Of a DNA stretch of 64,000 nt, positions 41,078 to 50,763 are shown piece after piece. How positions within the stretch are numbered: position 1 is the first letter of the stretch; the number at the start of each line of letters is the position of its first letter. The notes beneath the pieces are model-generated. The model had not been told where the DNA came from, made no database searches, and saw only the letters and a program-made list of their open reading frames with translations. This DNA is from an uncultured virus (IMG/VR IMGVR_UViG_3300018424_000012) (taxonomy: Duplodnaviria; Heunggongvirae; Uroviricota; Caudoviricetes). The stretch lies in the IMG/VR virus record IMGVR_UViG_3300018424_000012. One strand, 5' to 3'. The translations under genes and the position numbers were made by a program.

Positions 41078-41464
41078 TTATACTGACAGTGTTTGGTTAC
41101 TTGTTTTGAATCCTTTTTTACGCATAACGGTCTTCGCTACAAGGTCAAACTCTTGAGAGTTTCTATCATACTTTAGAACAAATGGCATATTTATATCAGT
41201 TTGCATATCTTTCAAAACTGCTTCAGCATCAGGTCCTAATTGCGGAATCTTTTTACCATGTTTGTTATAAGTTTGCTTAAACAGTCTCGTAAGTTCTGCA
41301 GTAGTAATCTGTTTCTTGTTACGTTCATCGTTTACCCTATCTAAAAAATGTCGAGTGAATTCAACATCGATGCCGACCTTTGCAAACAACCTATCTGCAA
41401 ACTTTTCTACGCCATCTAAATCACTCTTTGAAACTTGCTCTCTTAGTTCAGAAAATTTACGCAT
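41078..41464 (-). CDS. Hypothetical protein with capsid-targeting-like leader
   Basis: Probable start MRKFSELRE; FTRHFLDRVND.RN, AKTVMRK. Confidence 0.7.
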   Translation of the reverse strand: MRKFSELREQVSKSDLDGVEKFADRLFAKVGIDVEFTRHFLDRVNDERNKKQITTAELTRLFKQTYNKHGKKIPQLGPDAEAVLKDMQTDINMPFVLKYDRNSQEFDLVAKTVMRKKGFKTSNQTLSV

Positions 41465-42845
41465 CCCATCCATCCTTTACGATATTCATGTCTACTTTAT
41501 ATGTTGCAGTTTGATTTGATATAGGAGTAAACATATGTACACAGTCTCTAATCAAGTAATGACCAGAATACTTTTTATTATAAACATCTTCAATACCTTC
41601 GACTTTTCTAATCGCAGGATAATTAAATTCTAGCAAACGTCCACACTCAATAATTGGATTACCAGGTGCTTCGAAATTTTCTACAACTTCATCATCTAAT
41701 TGTTTAACAATTTGCTTTCTCTTTAAAACGGTTCCATCAGCATATATTGTTCTAAATCCAACTTCATCTTTTTTCATAGAATGTATTCTACTTTGTTTAG
41801 GACTTAGCATAATATTAATATCACTAGATACTGACTTATAAGGTTTATCAAAATGTGCTTGTTTTGATAATCTAACATAATCACTAAAATCATCCCAATA
41901 GTTATAAGTCTCTACTGTATAATTTTTATGAAATATATCATGTGTTATGTGCTTTGATACAATATGTCCTGATATCAAATCTTTAGCAAGTTTTTGTCTT
42001 TCTAATATTCTAAAGTCATCTACGTTTTGTGTAGTTTCTGAACCAACCATTCCTGACTGAGGTTTGCCGTCTGACCCAACAACAGGGACTCCAGGTATCT
42101 TATATAAATAACCTTTTTTGACTTTACCACTGTTGTCTCTTTCATTTTCAACGTCTGCCATCAAATCTGTAATAACTAAGTTTTTCTCTTTATCAAGTAA
42201 TGTTGATGTAGAAACAAAATAAAATCCTCCAATACTCTCATAAAAGAAATAACCAGGAGTATCTTTTGTCATAGATACTGCTCTATTAGTAACCCACTTA
42301 ATTGCTTGACTTGGTTTCCACATAGGACAAACAAACTTTAATCCTCCAATAGAAGGTCCTGTTGCTAATCTTTTATGAGTACTTCTCAAACTACGATTGA
42401 ATATATTACCTATGATAACATGTGGTTCTCCCACAAATGAAGAAGATAATACAGTATTCATATTTCTATATCCTTCTTCACTTATGAGTTTTAATGTGAA
42501 TAATTGTTTTCTTTCTTGAATGATTACATTTTCAATACCAATAACACGCATCCATATTTCACGTTCAGTACTGCTTTCACCATCTTTTACATTATATTTA
42601 AAATGAAATATGTTCGCACCAAGAATAGGATAATCAGGAATCATATCATTGCTGTCATTAATCATAAGAGTTCCTGTTATGAAAGGCGTTAATACACTTT
42701 CACTCATAGAAAAACTCACATATATGCTAAGTAAATCTAAAAATTTATCAGAACCTCTAGCATCTTCAATTGTTTTTGCAGTATTAGGAAATAACTGCAT
42801 TGCTTCGACTTGTACTTCACCGCCGCCTTTAACTCCACCTGCCAT
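41457..42845 (-). CDS. Baseplate hub protein (gp27-like)
   Basis: Between gp53 and gp5; ESV..P..TG.L.I.D, YFFYES, YSG.YLI. Confidence 0.7.
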   Translation of the reverse strand: MAGGVKGGGEVQVEAMQLFPNTAKTIEDARGSDKFLDLLSIYVSFSMSESVLTPFITGTLMINDSNDMIPDYPILGANIFHFKYNVKDGESSTEREIWMRVIGIENVIIQERKQLFTLKLISEEGYRNMNTVLSSSFVGEPHVIIGNIFNRSLRSTHKRLATGPSIGGLKFVCPMWKPSQAIKWVTNRAVSMTKDTPGYFFYESIGGFYFVSTSTLLDKEKNLVITDLMADVENERDNSGKVKKGYLYKIPGVPVVGSDGKPQSGMVGSETTQNVDDFRILERQKLAKDLISGHIVSKHITHDIFHKNYTVETYNYWDDFSDYVRLSKQAHFDKPYKSVSSDINIMLSPKQSRIHSMKKDEVGFRTIYADGTVLKRKQIVKQLDDEVVENFEAPGNPIIECGRLLEFNYPAIRKVEGIEDVYNKKYSGHYLIRDCVHMFTPISNQTATYKVDMNIVKDGWDA

Positions 42846-42847
42846 AA

Positions 42848-43666
42848 TTAATTTCCTATAATTTGTTTAAATTCTTCAACAAACTCTTGTAAAAGATTTG
42901 GTCTTAAAATTTTAATTTGTCGCTTTTCTTCGTTAAGTTTTTCTTCATATAATCTGTTGGTGATAACATCGCTATTGAATGTTTGTTCAGTTCCAGGACT
43001 GGTGAAGAGTTTATATGTACTTTCTGTAGTTCTAATCTTTCGATTTGTATCTCCAGATGCGGCAGGTCTTTCATAATGATGAATACCATCAGGTCCAGAA
43101 TTCACAGTCCACAGTTTATATATGTTACTGTCATATGTACTCTTCGCGTGACCACTGCCATAATTCCCTGGCATATGAAAAACTGTACTACCAAATTCAC
43201 TGAATGTGTGAGTGTGCGATATTCCAGTTCCATTTTGTTTATATCTATTATATTCTCTTGCTTCTTTTTCAGATAAAAATATAGGATACCAATACCCAGT
43301 GCCGCGATGCATACCAGATGTACCAGTTCCAAATAAAGCATAAGGACCATTACCTCCATACTTTTTATTAATCATATTTTTTAATTCGCGTTCAGTTCTC
43401 GGCCAGTCTTCATAAATATCATGTATTTCATTAGTTACGAGAAAAACCCAAGCAAACTTACTTGAGTTATAAAATTGATGTGCTAATATATCAGGTCTTT
43501 CACCCTCTTGTATATCATACAAGTCATATGAGAATGCGCTATTAGCAATTCTGCTATTTACTTTAACTCTACGAATAATATCTTTTGTTATAATCGCTCT
43601 AGTTTGTAATTCACCTTGTTTAGTGATATCGTAGAATGTTGTTGGAAAATATTCAAAATAACTCAT
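42848..43666 (-). CDS. gp53: Baseplate wedge protein
   Basis: YF..FP, GERPD.LA..FY, YEE.LNE.KR.IKIL. Confidence 0.92.
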   Translation of the reverse strand: MSYFEYFPTTFYDITKQGELQTRAIITKDIIRRVKVNSRIANSAFSYDLYDIQEGERPDILAHQFYNSSKFAWVFLVTNEIHDIYEDWPRTERELKNMINKKYGGNGPYALFGTGTSGMHRGTGYWYPIFLSEKEAREYNRYKQNGTGISHTHTFSEFGSTVFHMPGNYGSGHAKSTYDSNIYKLWTVNSGPDGIHHYERPAASGDTNRKIRTTESTYKLFTSPGTEQTFNSDVITNRLYEEKLNEEKRQIKILRPNLLQEFVEEFKQIIGN

Positions 43667-44763
43667 TAGTAACCCTCTTCAATTCTCTTCTTATGCAATG
43701 GTTCAATTTCTCTGAAGTTCATAGTTACTTGAATTTCTGTAGGTTGACCATCTCTATTAGTAGAAAAAACTCCAGTTGAAGTATAGTTAGTATTGAATGA
43801 AGTTAAATAGCAAGTTGATATTTTGTGCATGAATTGATTATGTCTATTTTGATGCATGATAGAAATATCAAATAGTGAAGGATAATCAAAGAACAACCCA
43901 CTAGGTATCAACTCAGGATGCATATGAAATCTAAATGTTTTAATAATCTCATCAATAGCAACTGCTTCTTGTTCAGACCTTGCGGCAAACTCATATGTAA
44001 AAGTAAATTCTCTAAAAGACATGCTTTCAAATCTTTGTTCGATATGTGGATTTGAAACTCTTCTTGTAGAAACTTCCATAACATTCTGGATGTTCATACC
44101 AAACATATCTGGTATTTGAAACAATACTTCTGATGCAAGTCTCGCCGCTTGACCACCCAAGTTTGCTAAATCAGCATTAGCATTATCACCTGCTCCTGCT
44201 CTTGCTAATAGTCCAACAAGAGGACCCATTTTTGCTTCTGTATAATTAGCAGTTGAGTTCATCGTCATTGTATTTGGTACTGCAAGTGCAATTGAAGAGT
44301 TTAACTTCTTTAAGTTTTGTGCGCCGCCAAACGCGCCATCTGTAAACTTACCTAGACTGTCAGTCACCGCTGATCCAGTTTCACTACTTAACGCTTTATC
44401 TACAAGTCCGCCTTCACCTCCAGTAATTGCTTTACCCAATTCGGCGGCATATTCTCCACCCTTTTCTACAACTCCTCTTACATCAAGTTTGTTTCCTAAT
44501 ATTGCAGATTCCCCTTTCCATGCTCTAGGTTCTCCCGGAGTTCCCTGTAAAGAGGTAAAGGATGTTGTTTCATCAAAGTATATATCAAAGATAACATGAT
44601 TATCAAATTCAGCAGGTGCGTCAATACCCAAATCAATAGGATATGTCAATCCCATTGTACCATACTGTCTACCAGTCTTTGCCGGTTCACCTAATCTAGA
44701 CGAATTTCTGGCAAATCGACCTAGTGCCGAACTGCCAGTAAAATGTGGGTTTAATATCGCCAT
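43666..44763 (-). CDS. gp48: Baseplate tail-tube cap
   Basis: L.YP, NP.IEQ.F....FREF.F.Y.F..RS..E, F.EIE. Confidence 0.88.
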   Translation of the reverse strand: MAILNPHFTGSSALGRFARNSSRLGEPAKTGRQYGTMGLTYPIDLGIDAPAEFDNHVIFDIYFDETTSFTSLQGTPGEPRAWKGESAILGNKLDVRGVVEKGGEYAAELGKAITGGEGGLVDKALSSETGSAVTDSLGKFTDGAFGGAQNLKKLNSSIALAVPNTMTMNSTANYTEAKMGPLVGLLARAGAGDNANADLANLGGQAARLASEVLFQIPDMFGMNIQNVMEVSTRRVSNPHIEQRFESMSFREFTFTYEFAARSEQEAVAIDEIIKTFRFHMHPELIPSGLFFDYPSLFDISIMHQNRHNQFMHKISTCYLTSFNTNYTSTGVFSTNRDGQPTEIQVTMNFREIEPLHKKRIEEGY

Positions 44764-44775
44764 ATGGTTTCTTCC

Positions 44776-44804
44776 TATAAATAGTAATTACGATATTATT
44801 TATA
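44776..44804. promoter_or_regulatory. Face-to-face late promoter pair at the strand switch
   Basis: TATAAATA (+) 44776-44783 and TATAAATA (-) 44797-44804. Confidence 0.8.
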
Positions 44805-44817
44805 AGAGTTTTTCGAT

Positions 44818-45252
44818 ATGGCATATAAAGGTAGATACACTCCGCAAAATAAAGACAAATACGCAGGTAATCCATCGAATGTGATATATCGCTCTCTTTG
44901 GGAACGTAAACTTATGAAATGGTGTGACCTAAATCCTGACGTTATCAAATGGGGAAGTGAAGAAACTGTGATTCCTTATGTGTCACCTCTTGATAATAAA
45001 ATACATCGATATTTCGTAGACTTCTATATACAAGTCAGAACAAAAGATGGACTGATTAAATCTTATCTAGTAGAAGTAAAACCCAAAAAATACACTAAAC
45101 CTCCCGAAACTAATCCTAAGAAGAAGTCAAAGTCTTGGTTTTCTGAAGTTAAGAATTGGGGAGTTAATTCTGCGAAATGGAAAGCGGCAAGTGAATATGC
45201 TAAAGATAAGAAATGGGATTTCATAATTCTCACAGAAGACCATTTAAAGTAG
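44818..45252 (+). CDS. gp4: Head completion nuclease
   Basis: YRSLWE, WGSEE, HRYFVDF, VEVKP, N.AKW.AA. Confidence 0.96.
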   Translation: MAYKGRYTPQNKDKYAGNPSNVIYRSLWERKLMKWCDLNPDVIKWGSEETVIPYVSPLDNKIHRYFVDFYIQVRTKDGLIKSYLVEVKPKKYTKPPETNPKKKSKSWFSEVKNWGVNSAKWKAASEYAKDKKWDFIILTEDHLK

Positions 45253-45265
45253 CATAAATACTATT

Positions 45266-45859
45266 ATGGCAGAGATTAAAGTACTAGAAGAAATAAGGAA
45301 TGCGTCTGGAGACCAAAGACGTTCTGCACAATGGTATCAAGACCAAGTAAAAAGTCTTGTCGGTACTCGCTATGAACCTACGCAGTTTCAAAGAGAGTAT
45401 GCAGAAAATATGTCAGGCAGAATGTTACCTGGACGTATGTATTTGATAAACTATTCAAACCCTATTGGAAAAGGAACTCCAGCATTACCTTACTATGATA
45501 TGTTTCCTCTTATACTTCCATTTAATGTCGAAAGTAGTTACATTACCGCAATAAACTTTCACTATCTACATCCAGTCAATAGAGTTATACTATTAGAGAA
45601 ACTAAGTAGATTTAAAGTAGGTGATACTGACATTCAAACTAGAATTCGTGCAGATTGGGGTATACTAAGTAACTTTGCTAGATTTAGAGAAGTAAGACCT
45701 TCTGTGAAGAGATATAAGAAAAGTCAAATAAAAGGTAGATACTTGTTTATACAACCTGATGACTGGACAACAGCGGCAATGTTACCAACAGAGAGTTTTA
45801 GGGGTGCAAGTAAGCAACAAGTCTATTTAGACAGTAACAGAAAAATGAGGGCAAGATGA
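45266..45859 (+). CDS. gp2: DNA end protector protein
   Basis: LPYYD.FPL, NFHYL, KRY, W..A.MLP...F. Confidence 0.93.
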   Translation: MAEIKVLEEIRNASGDQRRSAQWYQDQVKSLVGTRYEPTQFQREYAENMSGRMLPGRMYLINYSNPIGKGTPALPYYDMFPLILPFNVESSYITAINFHYLHPVNRVILLEKLSRFKVGDTDIQTRIRADWGILSNFARFREVRPSVKRYKKSQIKGRYLFIQPDDWTTAAMLPTESFRGASKQQVYLDSNRKMRAR

Positions 45860-46614
45860 GTATAGATAATTTTATTGCAGAAGTGCATGGAAGAGACGGA
45901 GCAGGACTTGCAAAGTCTAATAGGTATATGGTAGTTATTGATGTGCCTAGAGGTCCATCTGCTAATAATTTAGGTCAGTTATCTAGATTTTCAGATATCA
46001 ATGCTGGTCAAAATCAATACGGAAGATACTCGCAACTAATAAATGGACAAAGACTAGTAAATCTTTATTGTGAAGCAACATCACTACCATCAATGAATAT
46101 AGATACTAAACTAAATAAACAGTATGGACCAGGAAGAGAAATTCCTTATGGTCACAGTTACACACCTGTCAATTTTACATTTTATATGGATAGAGAATAT
46201 ACTGTAAAGAAATTTTTTGATGCTTGGCAGAGAACAATTATTGATCCGGACACATCAAAAACTAATTACTATAATGAATATGTGACATCTGTTCACATTC
46301 TAGCACTAGATGCTAAAGATAGCATAGACGCAAATGGAACACTGAGAGCAAAATATCAATGCACACTGATAGAAGCATATCCAAAAACTGTTGCTGAAAT
46401 TGCATACAGCGCCAGTGCATCTGAAGTAGCAAGACTTCAAGTATCAATGCAATTCAGAAAATGGAAAGAAACTACTGCGGTGACTGGTATTGGTTCACTT
46501 GGTTCTAATATTGTCATGAACGATTATGTAACATATAATCCTGTGCAGTCAGTACAAGCACGGTCTGATGCAAACTTCGCAAGAATGGAAGCAGACGTTG
46601 CAGATTTATGGTAA
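45856..46614 (+). CDS. gp54: Baseplate tail-tube initiator (gp54-like)
   Basis: GLA..NRY.V, C....LP, FFD.W, YY.EY, EAYP. Confidence 0.75.
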   Translation: MSIDNFIAEVHGRDGAGLAKSNRYMVVIDVPRGPSANNLGQLSRFSDINAGQNQYGRYSQLINGQRLVNLYCEATSLPSMNIDTKLNKQYGPGREIPYGHSYTPVNFTFYMDREYTVKKFFDAWQRTIIDPDTSKTNYYNEYVTSVHILALDAKDSIDANGTLRAKYQCTLIEAYPKTVAEIAYSASASEVARLQVSMQFRKWKETTAVTGIGSLGSNIVMNDYVTYNPVQSVQARSDANFARMEADVADLW

Positions 46615-46653
46615 TTAAATATTAACTAACGATTAAACTATGGAGAAAACAAT

Positions 46654-47358
46654 ATGGCACTACCAAGACTTGATGCACCACAATATGACTTGACATTATA
46701 TAATGGTGAAAATATTAAATTCAGACCTTTTCTGGTCAAAGAACAAAAACTTCTTCTATTGGCAGTAGAAGAACAAGAACAAAAACATGTTATGAATGCT
46801 ATGAAGCAAATCATTTCAAATTGCATCTTCGACCAAGTAGATGTAAATACATTACCTATATTCGAAATCGAGAATATATTCTTACGATTGAGAGAAAAAT
46901 CTGTAGGTGAGCAAATTGATTTGAGATTAGTATGTACTGATGAAGAGTGTAAAGGACAAACACCCTATACATTGGACTTGACACAAATTAAATATGATAT
47001 GGATAGTATTCCTAGTAGAACAATTAAGATTAGTGAAAATGTTAATCTTAATATGAGATTTCCAACAATGTCAAATTTAGAAGATGTAACTAATTTAGAA
47101 AATGTAGAAGATAACTTCAAATTTCTTGCGAGTTGTATTGAAAGCATTGAAGCAGATGGAAATATCTATGATGTAGATACAACACCGAAAGAAGAAATTC
47201 AAGCATTCATCGAAAGTATGACAACATCACAATTTAATATGCTAAAGAATTTCTTTACAACTTTACCAAGATTATCGAAAGACCTTGAGTATACATGCAG
47301 TAAGTGTGGAAAGGAACAAAAAAGAGTAATTAGTGGAATACAAAGTTTTTTAGCGTAG
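46654..47358 (+). CDS. gp26: Baseplate hub assembly chaperone
   Basis: MALP, FRPFLVKE.K.LL, R.KSVGE, two Cys pairs, G.QSF end. Confidence 0.93.
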   Translation: MALPRLDAPQYDLTLYNGENIKFRPFLVKEQKLLLLAVEEQEQKHVMNAMKQIISNCIFDQVDVNTLPIFEIENIFLRLREKSVGEQIDLRLVCTDEECKGQTPYTLDLTQIKYDMDSIPSRTIKISENVNLNMRFPTMSNLEDVTNLENVEDNFKFLASCIESIEADGNIYDVDTTPKEEIQAFIESMTTSQFNMLKNFFTTLPRLSKDLEYTCSKCGKEQKRVISGIQSFLA

Positions 47359-47387
47359 GCCTCTCGCATGATGATTTAGTAAATCAC

Positions 47388-47534
47388 ATGAGAACTAATT
47401 TTGCACTAATGCAACATCATAAATACTCATTAACAGAACTTGAAAATATGATGCCATGGGAGAGGGAAATTTATATAACTCTGTTGACCCAGTTTATTGA
47501 AGACGAAAATGAAAAAGCAAAACAACGGAGATAG
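47388..47534 (+). CDS. gp51: Baseplate hub assembly protein gp51 (48 aa from ATG; frame open from 47346)
   Basis: Not in ORF track: MRTNFALMQHHKYSLTELENMMPWEREIYITLLTQFIEDENEKAKQRR. Confidence 0.88.
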   Translation: MRTNFALMQHHKYSLTELENMMPWEREIYITLLTQFIEDENEKAKQRR

Positions 47535-47537
47535 TAA

Positions 47538-47870
47538 ATGGGAGAAGAAGAGATAAAAGCATCTGGTCATCATCCTGCCGATACAAACGGCGATGGTAAG
47601 GTCAGTAATAAAGAGCAAGAAATGTACCTTGAGTTCAAACGCAAAGAACTGGAGGATGTGGATGCAAGAAGAGATGCAATGAGATATATGACATGGTTCG
47701 CTTTGATGGGTATATTCAACTATCCAGCGGCGGTTTTGATTACAGCAATGTTAGGTTATGATACAGCGGCGAATATTATTGGAGATATTGCTCCGACTTA
47801 CTTCGTTGCTACTTCAGCAATTGTTGCCGCCTACTTTGGAGCAAATGCTTACACCGATAAGAAGAAATAG
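47538..47870 (+). CDS. Small two-TM membrane protein with EF-hand-like loop
   Basis: DTNGDGKVSNKE followed by two hydrophobic segments and a basic C-terminus. Confidence 0.65.
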   Translation: MGEEEIKASGHHPADTNGDGKVSNKEQEMYLEFKRKELEDVDARRDAMRYMTWFALMGIFNYPAAVLITAMLGYDTAANIIGDIAPTYFVATSAIVAAYFGANAYTDKKK

Positions 47871-47878
47871 GTAATTAA

Positions 47879-50002
47879 ATGGCAGACAAAAAAGAAACTA
47901 TTGGCGGATTGAGTGATGCGGTAGAAACTCTGAATAAAGATAATACCAAATCTGGCATAGAAAGTAATCAAATACTAGGTAATATCGAAAGTGGTATTCA
48001 AGATTTATATGCCGTCAATTCACAAATGCTTGAAGCGATTTCTGCCATACAAGCATCACTAGCACCTGATGCATTCGGTTCCGCACAATCAACAGAAGCA
48101 TCTAGAGAAGGAGATGGCGCACCTATTATAGGTGGACCAGCAGAACAATCTGTTGTTACTCCTACTGAAGGTAAAAAAGGCATGGGCATGATGGGTATGC
48201 TCGGTGTTGCCGCCGCTGGTGCCGCCGCTGGTCTTGTTGCCGCTTTTGCAGGATTCTTAGATTTCGATGCACAGAAAGTAAAAGATAAAGTTCTCATTCT
48301 TACAAGTATTGCAGATGAAGTTGATGGCGCCGATACTGCAGAGACAGTTGCAACTCTCGCATCATTAGGTGTAGGTCTTGCCGCATTTGGAATTGGTTCT
48401 ATTGCTAATGGTATAGGCCAATCATTTATGGAAGATAATTGGTCGGACAAAATATATGATAGTGTCGCAACTCTTATAAAAATTGGTGACTTATCTTTTC
48501 TATCAGCAGTTGAGGCGGCGGCATCTTTAACCACACTTGGTGTAGGTCTTGCCGCATTTGGAATTGGTTCTGGCGTTGGCGCACTTGGTGCAGGTCTTGC
48601 GGAAGGAATGCTAAAAGAAGGGTGGGCGGACAAAATATATGATAGTGTCGCAACACTTATATCGATTGGTGATTTATCTTTTCTAGGAGCAGTTGAAGCG
48701 GCAGGTTCATTAACTACACTTGGCGCAGGTCTTGCGGTGTTTGGGGTTGGTTCTGCAGTCGGTGGAGCAGGTCAAGCAATCGCCGACACTATGAGTGATG
48801 CTAATTGGGCACAGCGCATTTATGATAGTGTAGAAACTCTTATTGGTATTGGTGATTTAAGTTTCTTCGCCGCTGTTGAAGCGGCAGGTTCATTGACTAC
48901 ACTCGGTGCTGGTCTGGCAGTATTTGGTGTTGGTTCTGCAGTTGCTTCGCTTGCTAAACCTGGTTTTGCAGATGGTATTGTTGATAGTGTAGAAACACTT
49001 ACAAGTGTGAAAGATAAAATAACCGCAGAAGAAGCAGAAACATTTAGTGACACAATGGGTAGTTTGTCGGCAGGACTTCTAAAGTTCTCCGGTAGCAACT
49101 TCCTGGGTTCTATTATGGATGCTGGAACTGCGCTGATGGGTTTTCTGAGTGGTAATGAAAGTCCTATTGAGCAAATGATAACCATTGCAGATAAATCTGA
49201 AGAATTGAATAAAGGTGCAGACGCAATTGATAGAGTTAGAATTGCTATTAGTAAATTATCTAGTATTAGTTTTGATGGTGCAGGATTTAATATAAAAGAC
49301 TTGACTGATGATTTGATGAACTCAATACCTGCACTTGAACTTGCAATTCAAGGCGGAACAGTTGGAGAAGGTTTCTTCAGTTCAGGAACAGAAATTAAAG
49401 GTCTAGCATCTCCAGACATTGATTATGAAGCGGCAGTAGCAAGAATTCAATCTCTTCGTGAAGCATTAGGTGGTGCAAGTGCTAGTGTAAGTAGTAGTGT
49501 AGCACAGACTGCTGTTCCTGCTGATACAGGTGCAGGAATTACAGGAAGCACAGATACAACGATTGTAGATACAGGCGATTTAACATTACCATACAATTCT
49601 AGAGAAAAGAAGTTAAGAGCAAAACAACTTGCAAAGGCATTGGGTATGGGTACTGCAAGGACTGCGACATTTGAAGCAGGTATCCCTACAACAGTTGATG
49701 GTGTTGAAGTTCCTACATATCTCTACACTAATGATGAAATTGATAGAATTAATGGTGCTAGAACTATGAGAGCAGAGATGAACAATACCTCTGCTAATCT
49801 CATTCCAACTAGACAATCAGGACAAGACTTGCAACAAGCACAAGCAGAAGCAAATGCTAATTCTGGTTCGTCTGAAGCACCTACTGTCATTCAGTCAAAC
49901 GTATCACCAAGCACTGTGAATAACCAGAGTACAACAAATCTTGCTTCTCGTACTCAGCATCACACTTCTGCTAAAAATGAATTGATGCTCGGCGCCTTCT
50001 AA
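47879..50002 (+). CDS. Tape measure protein (gp29-like)
   Basis: 707 aa Ala/Gly-rich helical repeats, downstream of gp26/gp51. Confidence 0.75.
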   Translation: MADKKETIGGLSDAVETLNKDNTKSGIESNQILGNIESGIQDLYAVNSQMLEAISAIQASLAPDAFGSAQSTEASREGDGAPIIGGPAEQSVVTPTEGKKGMGMMGMLGVAAAGAAAGLVAAFAGFLDFDAQKVKDKVLILTSIADEVDGADTAETVATLASLGVGLAAFGIGSIANGIGQSFMEDNWSDKIYDSVATLIKIGDLSFLSAVEAAASLTTLGVGLAAFGIGSGVGALGAGLAEGMLKEGWADKIYDSVATLISIGDLSFLGAVEAAGSLTTLGAGLAVFGVGSAVGGAGQAIADTMSDANWAQRIYDSVETLIGIGDLSFFAAVEAAGSLTTLGAGLAVFGVGSAVASLAKPGFADGIVDSVETLTSVKDKITAEEAETFSDTMGSLSAGLLKFSGSNFLGSIMDAGTALMGFLSGNESPIEQMITIADKSEELNKGADAIDRVRIAISKLSSISFDGAGFNIKDLTDDLMNSIPALELAIQGGTVGEGFFSSGTEIKGLASPDIDYEAAVARIQSLREALGGASASVSSSVAQTAVPADTGAGITGSTDTTIVDTGDLTLPYNSREKKLRAKQLAKALGMGTARTATFEAGIPTTVDGVEVPTYLYTNDEIDRINGARTMRAEMNNTSANLIPTRQSGQDLQQAQAEANANSGSSEAPTVIQSNVSPSTVNNQSTTNLASRTQHHTSAKNELMLGAF
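48345..48990 (+). repeat. About 3.5 copies of a 183-nt (61-aa) tandem repeat in tape measure
   Basis: TATGATAGTG at 48455, 48638, 48821; peptide W..[KR]IYDSV.TLI.IGDLSF..AVEAA.SLTTLG.GLA.FG.GS. Confidence 0.9.
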
Positions 50003-50232
50003 TGATACACGCTTTCATGTTGATGGTTGTTATCGGAACAGGAGAGTTTAGACAAGTTCAACCAGACCCTATGTATTTTAGAAGCATATCTACTTGTCTT
50101 TGGTATGCAAAAAGAATCCCACAACAGTTTGGTAATTACTCATACGGTGCTTATGTGGACCCTAAAGATAGGGTTACTGCTTACTGTAAACCTGTCAAAA
50201 TTCAAGACGGTGTACATATCTATGACCATTAA
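50002..50232 (+). CDS. Hypothetical protein
   Basis: 76 aa coupled to tape measure stop; YF.S...C..YA, TAYCKP. Confidence 0.65.
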   Translation: MIHAFMLMVVIGTGEFRQVQPDPMYFRSISTCLWYAKRIPQQFGNYSYGAYVDPKDRVTAYCKPVKIQDGVHIYDH

Positions 50233-50678
50233 CTGTACATTTTAATATAATAATATGCAAACCCTAGGCCAACGATAGAACCTATGATTAGCACTCCCGC
50301 GATTGCCATTTCAAAATATTCATACATTTTTTGTTCTCGCTGTGCTTTTATTCGCAATGCTTCTTTCTTTTGTTCTTCTCTTCTTCGTGCCGCTTCTGCT
50401 TGAAACTTGATCCAATCTTGCCACATACCAGCGCGTCCCGTATAAATCATAAGTTCGCGCAACTCATCTTCTTGTGCCTTAATTTGTTCAAGTGCCATAA
50501 ATTCTTCAAGGTCCGACTTATCAGACTTTGAACTCTTATTTACTTCAATCTGTAATTTACTTTTGGCGTCAAAATAATTTAGAAGTCCCTCACCCATCTG
50601 ATGAAGTTCTCTACCTTCTTGGACAAATTCTTTGACGGTTTTAAATGCCGCTGTGGCAATTGCTAATTCTGCAAGCAT
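50229..50678 (-). CDS. Hypothetical coiled-coil protein with C-terminal TM
   Basis: GAGGA RBS; late promoter at 50757-50764. Confidence 0.7.
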   Translation of the reverse strand: MLAELAIATAAFKTVKEFVQEGRELHQMGEGLLNYFDAKSKLQIEVNKSSKSDKSDLEEFMALEQIKAQEDELRELMIYTGRAGMWQDWIKFQAEAARRREEQKKEALRIKAQREQKMYEYFEMAIAGVLIIGSIVGLGFAYYYIKMYS

Positions 50679-50763
50679 ATTGATTCCTCATTTGCTAAAA
50701 AAGAAGAATATAAATCAATTGTTGCTATTTAATGATATGTGTCACTCTCTCAATAATATTTAT

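Noticed and set aside
47998..49185. Long minus-strand ORFs; repeats as a CRISPR array
   Set aside because: Antisense to the tape measure; repeats are in-frame coding units without unique spacers
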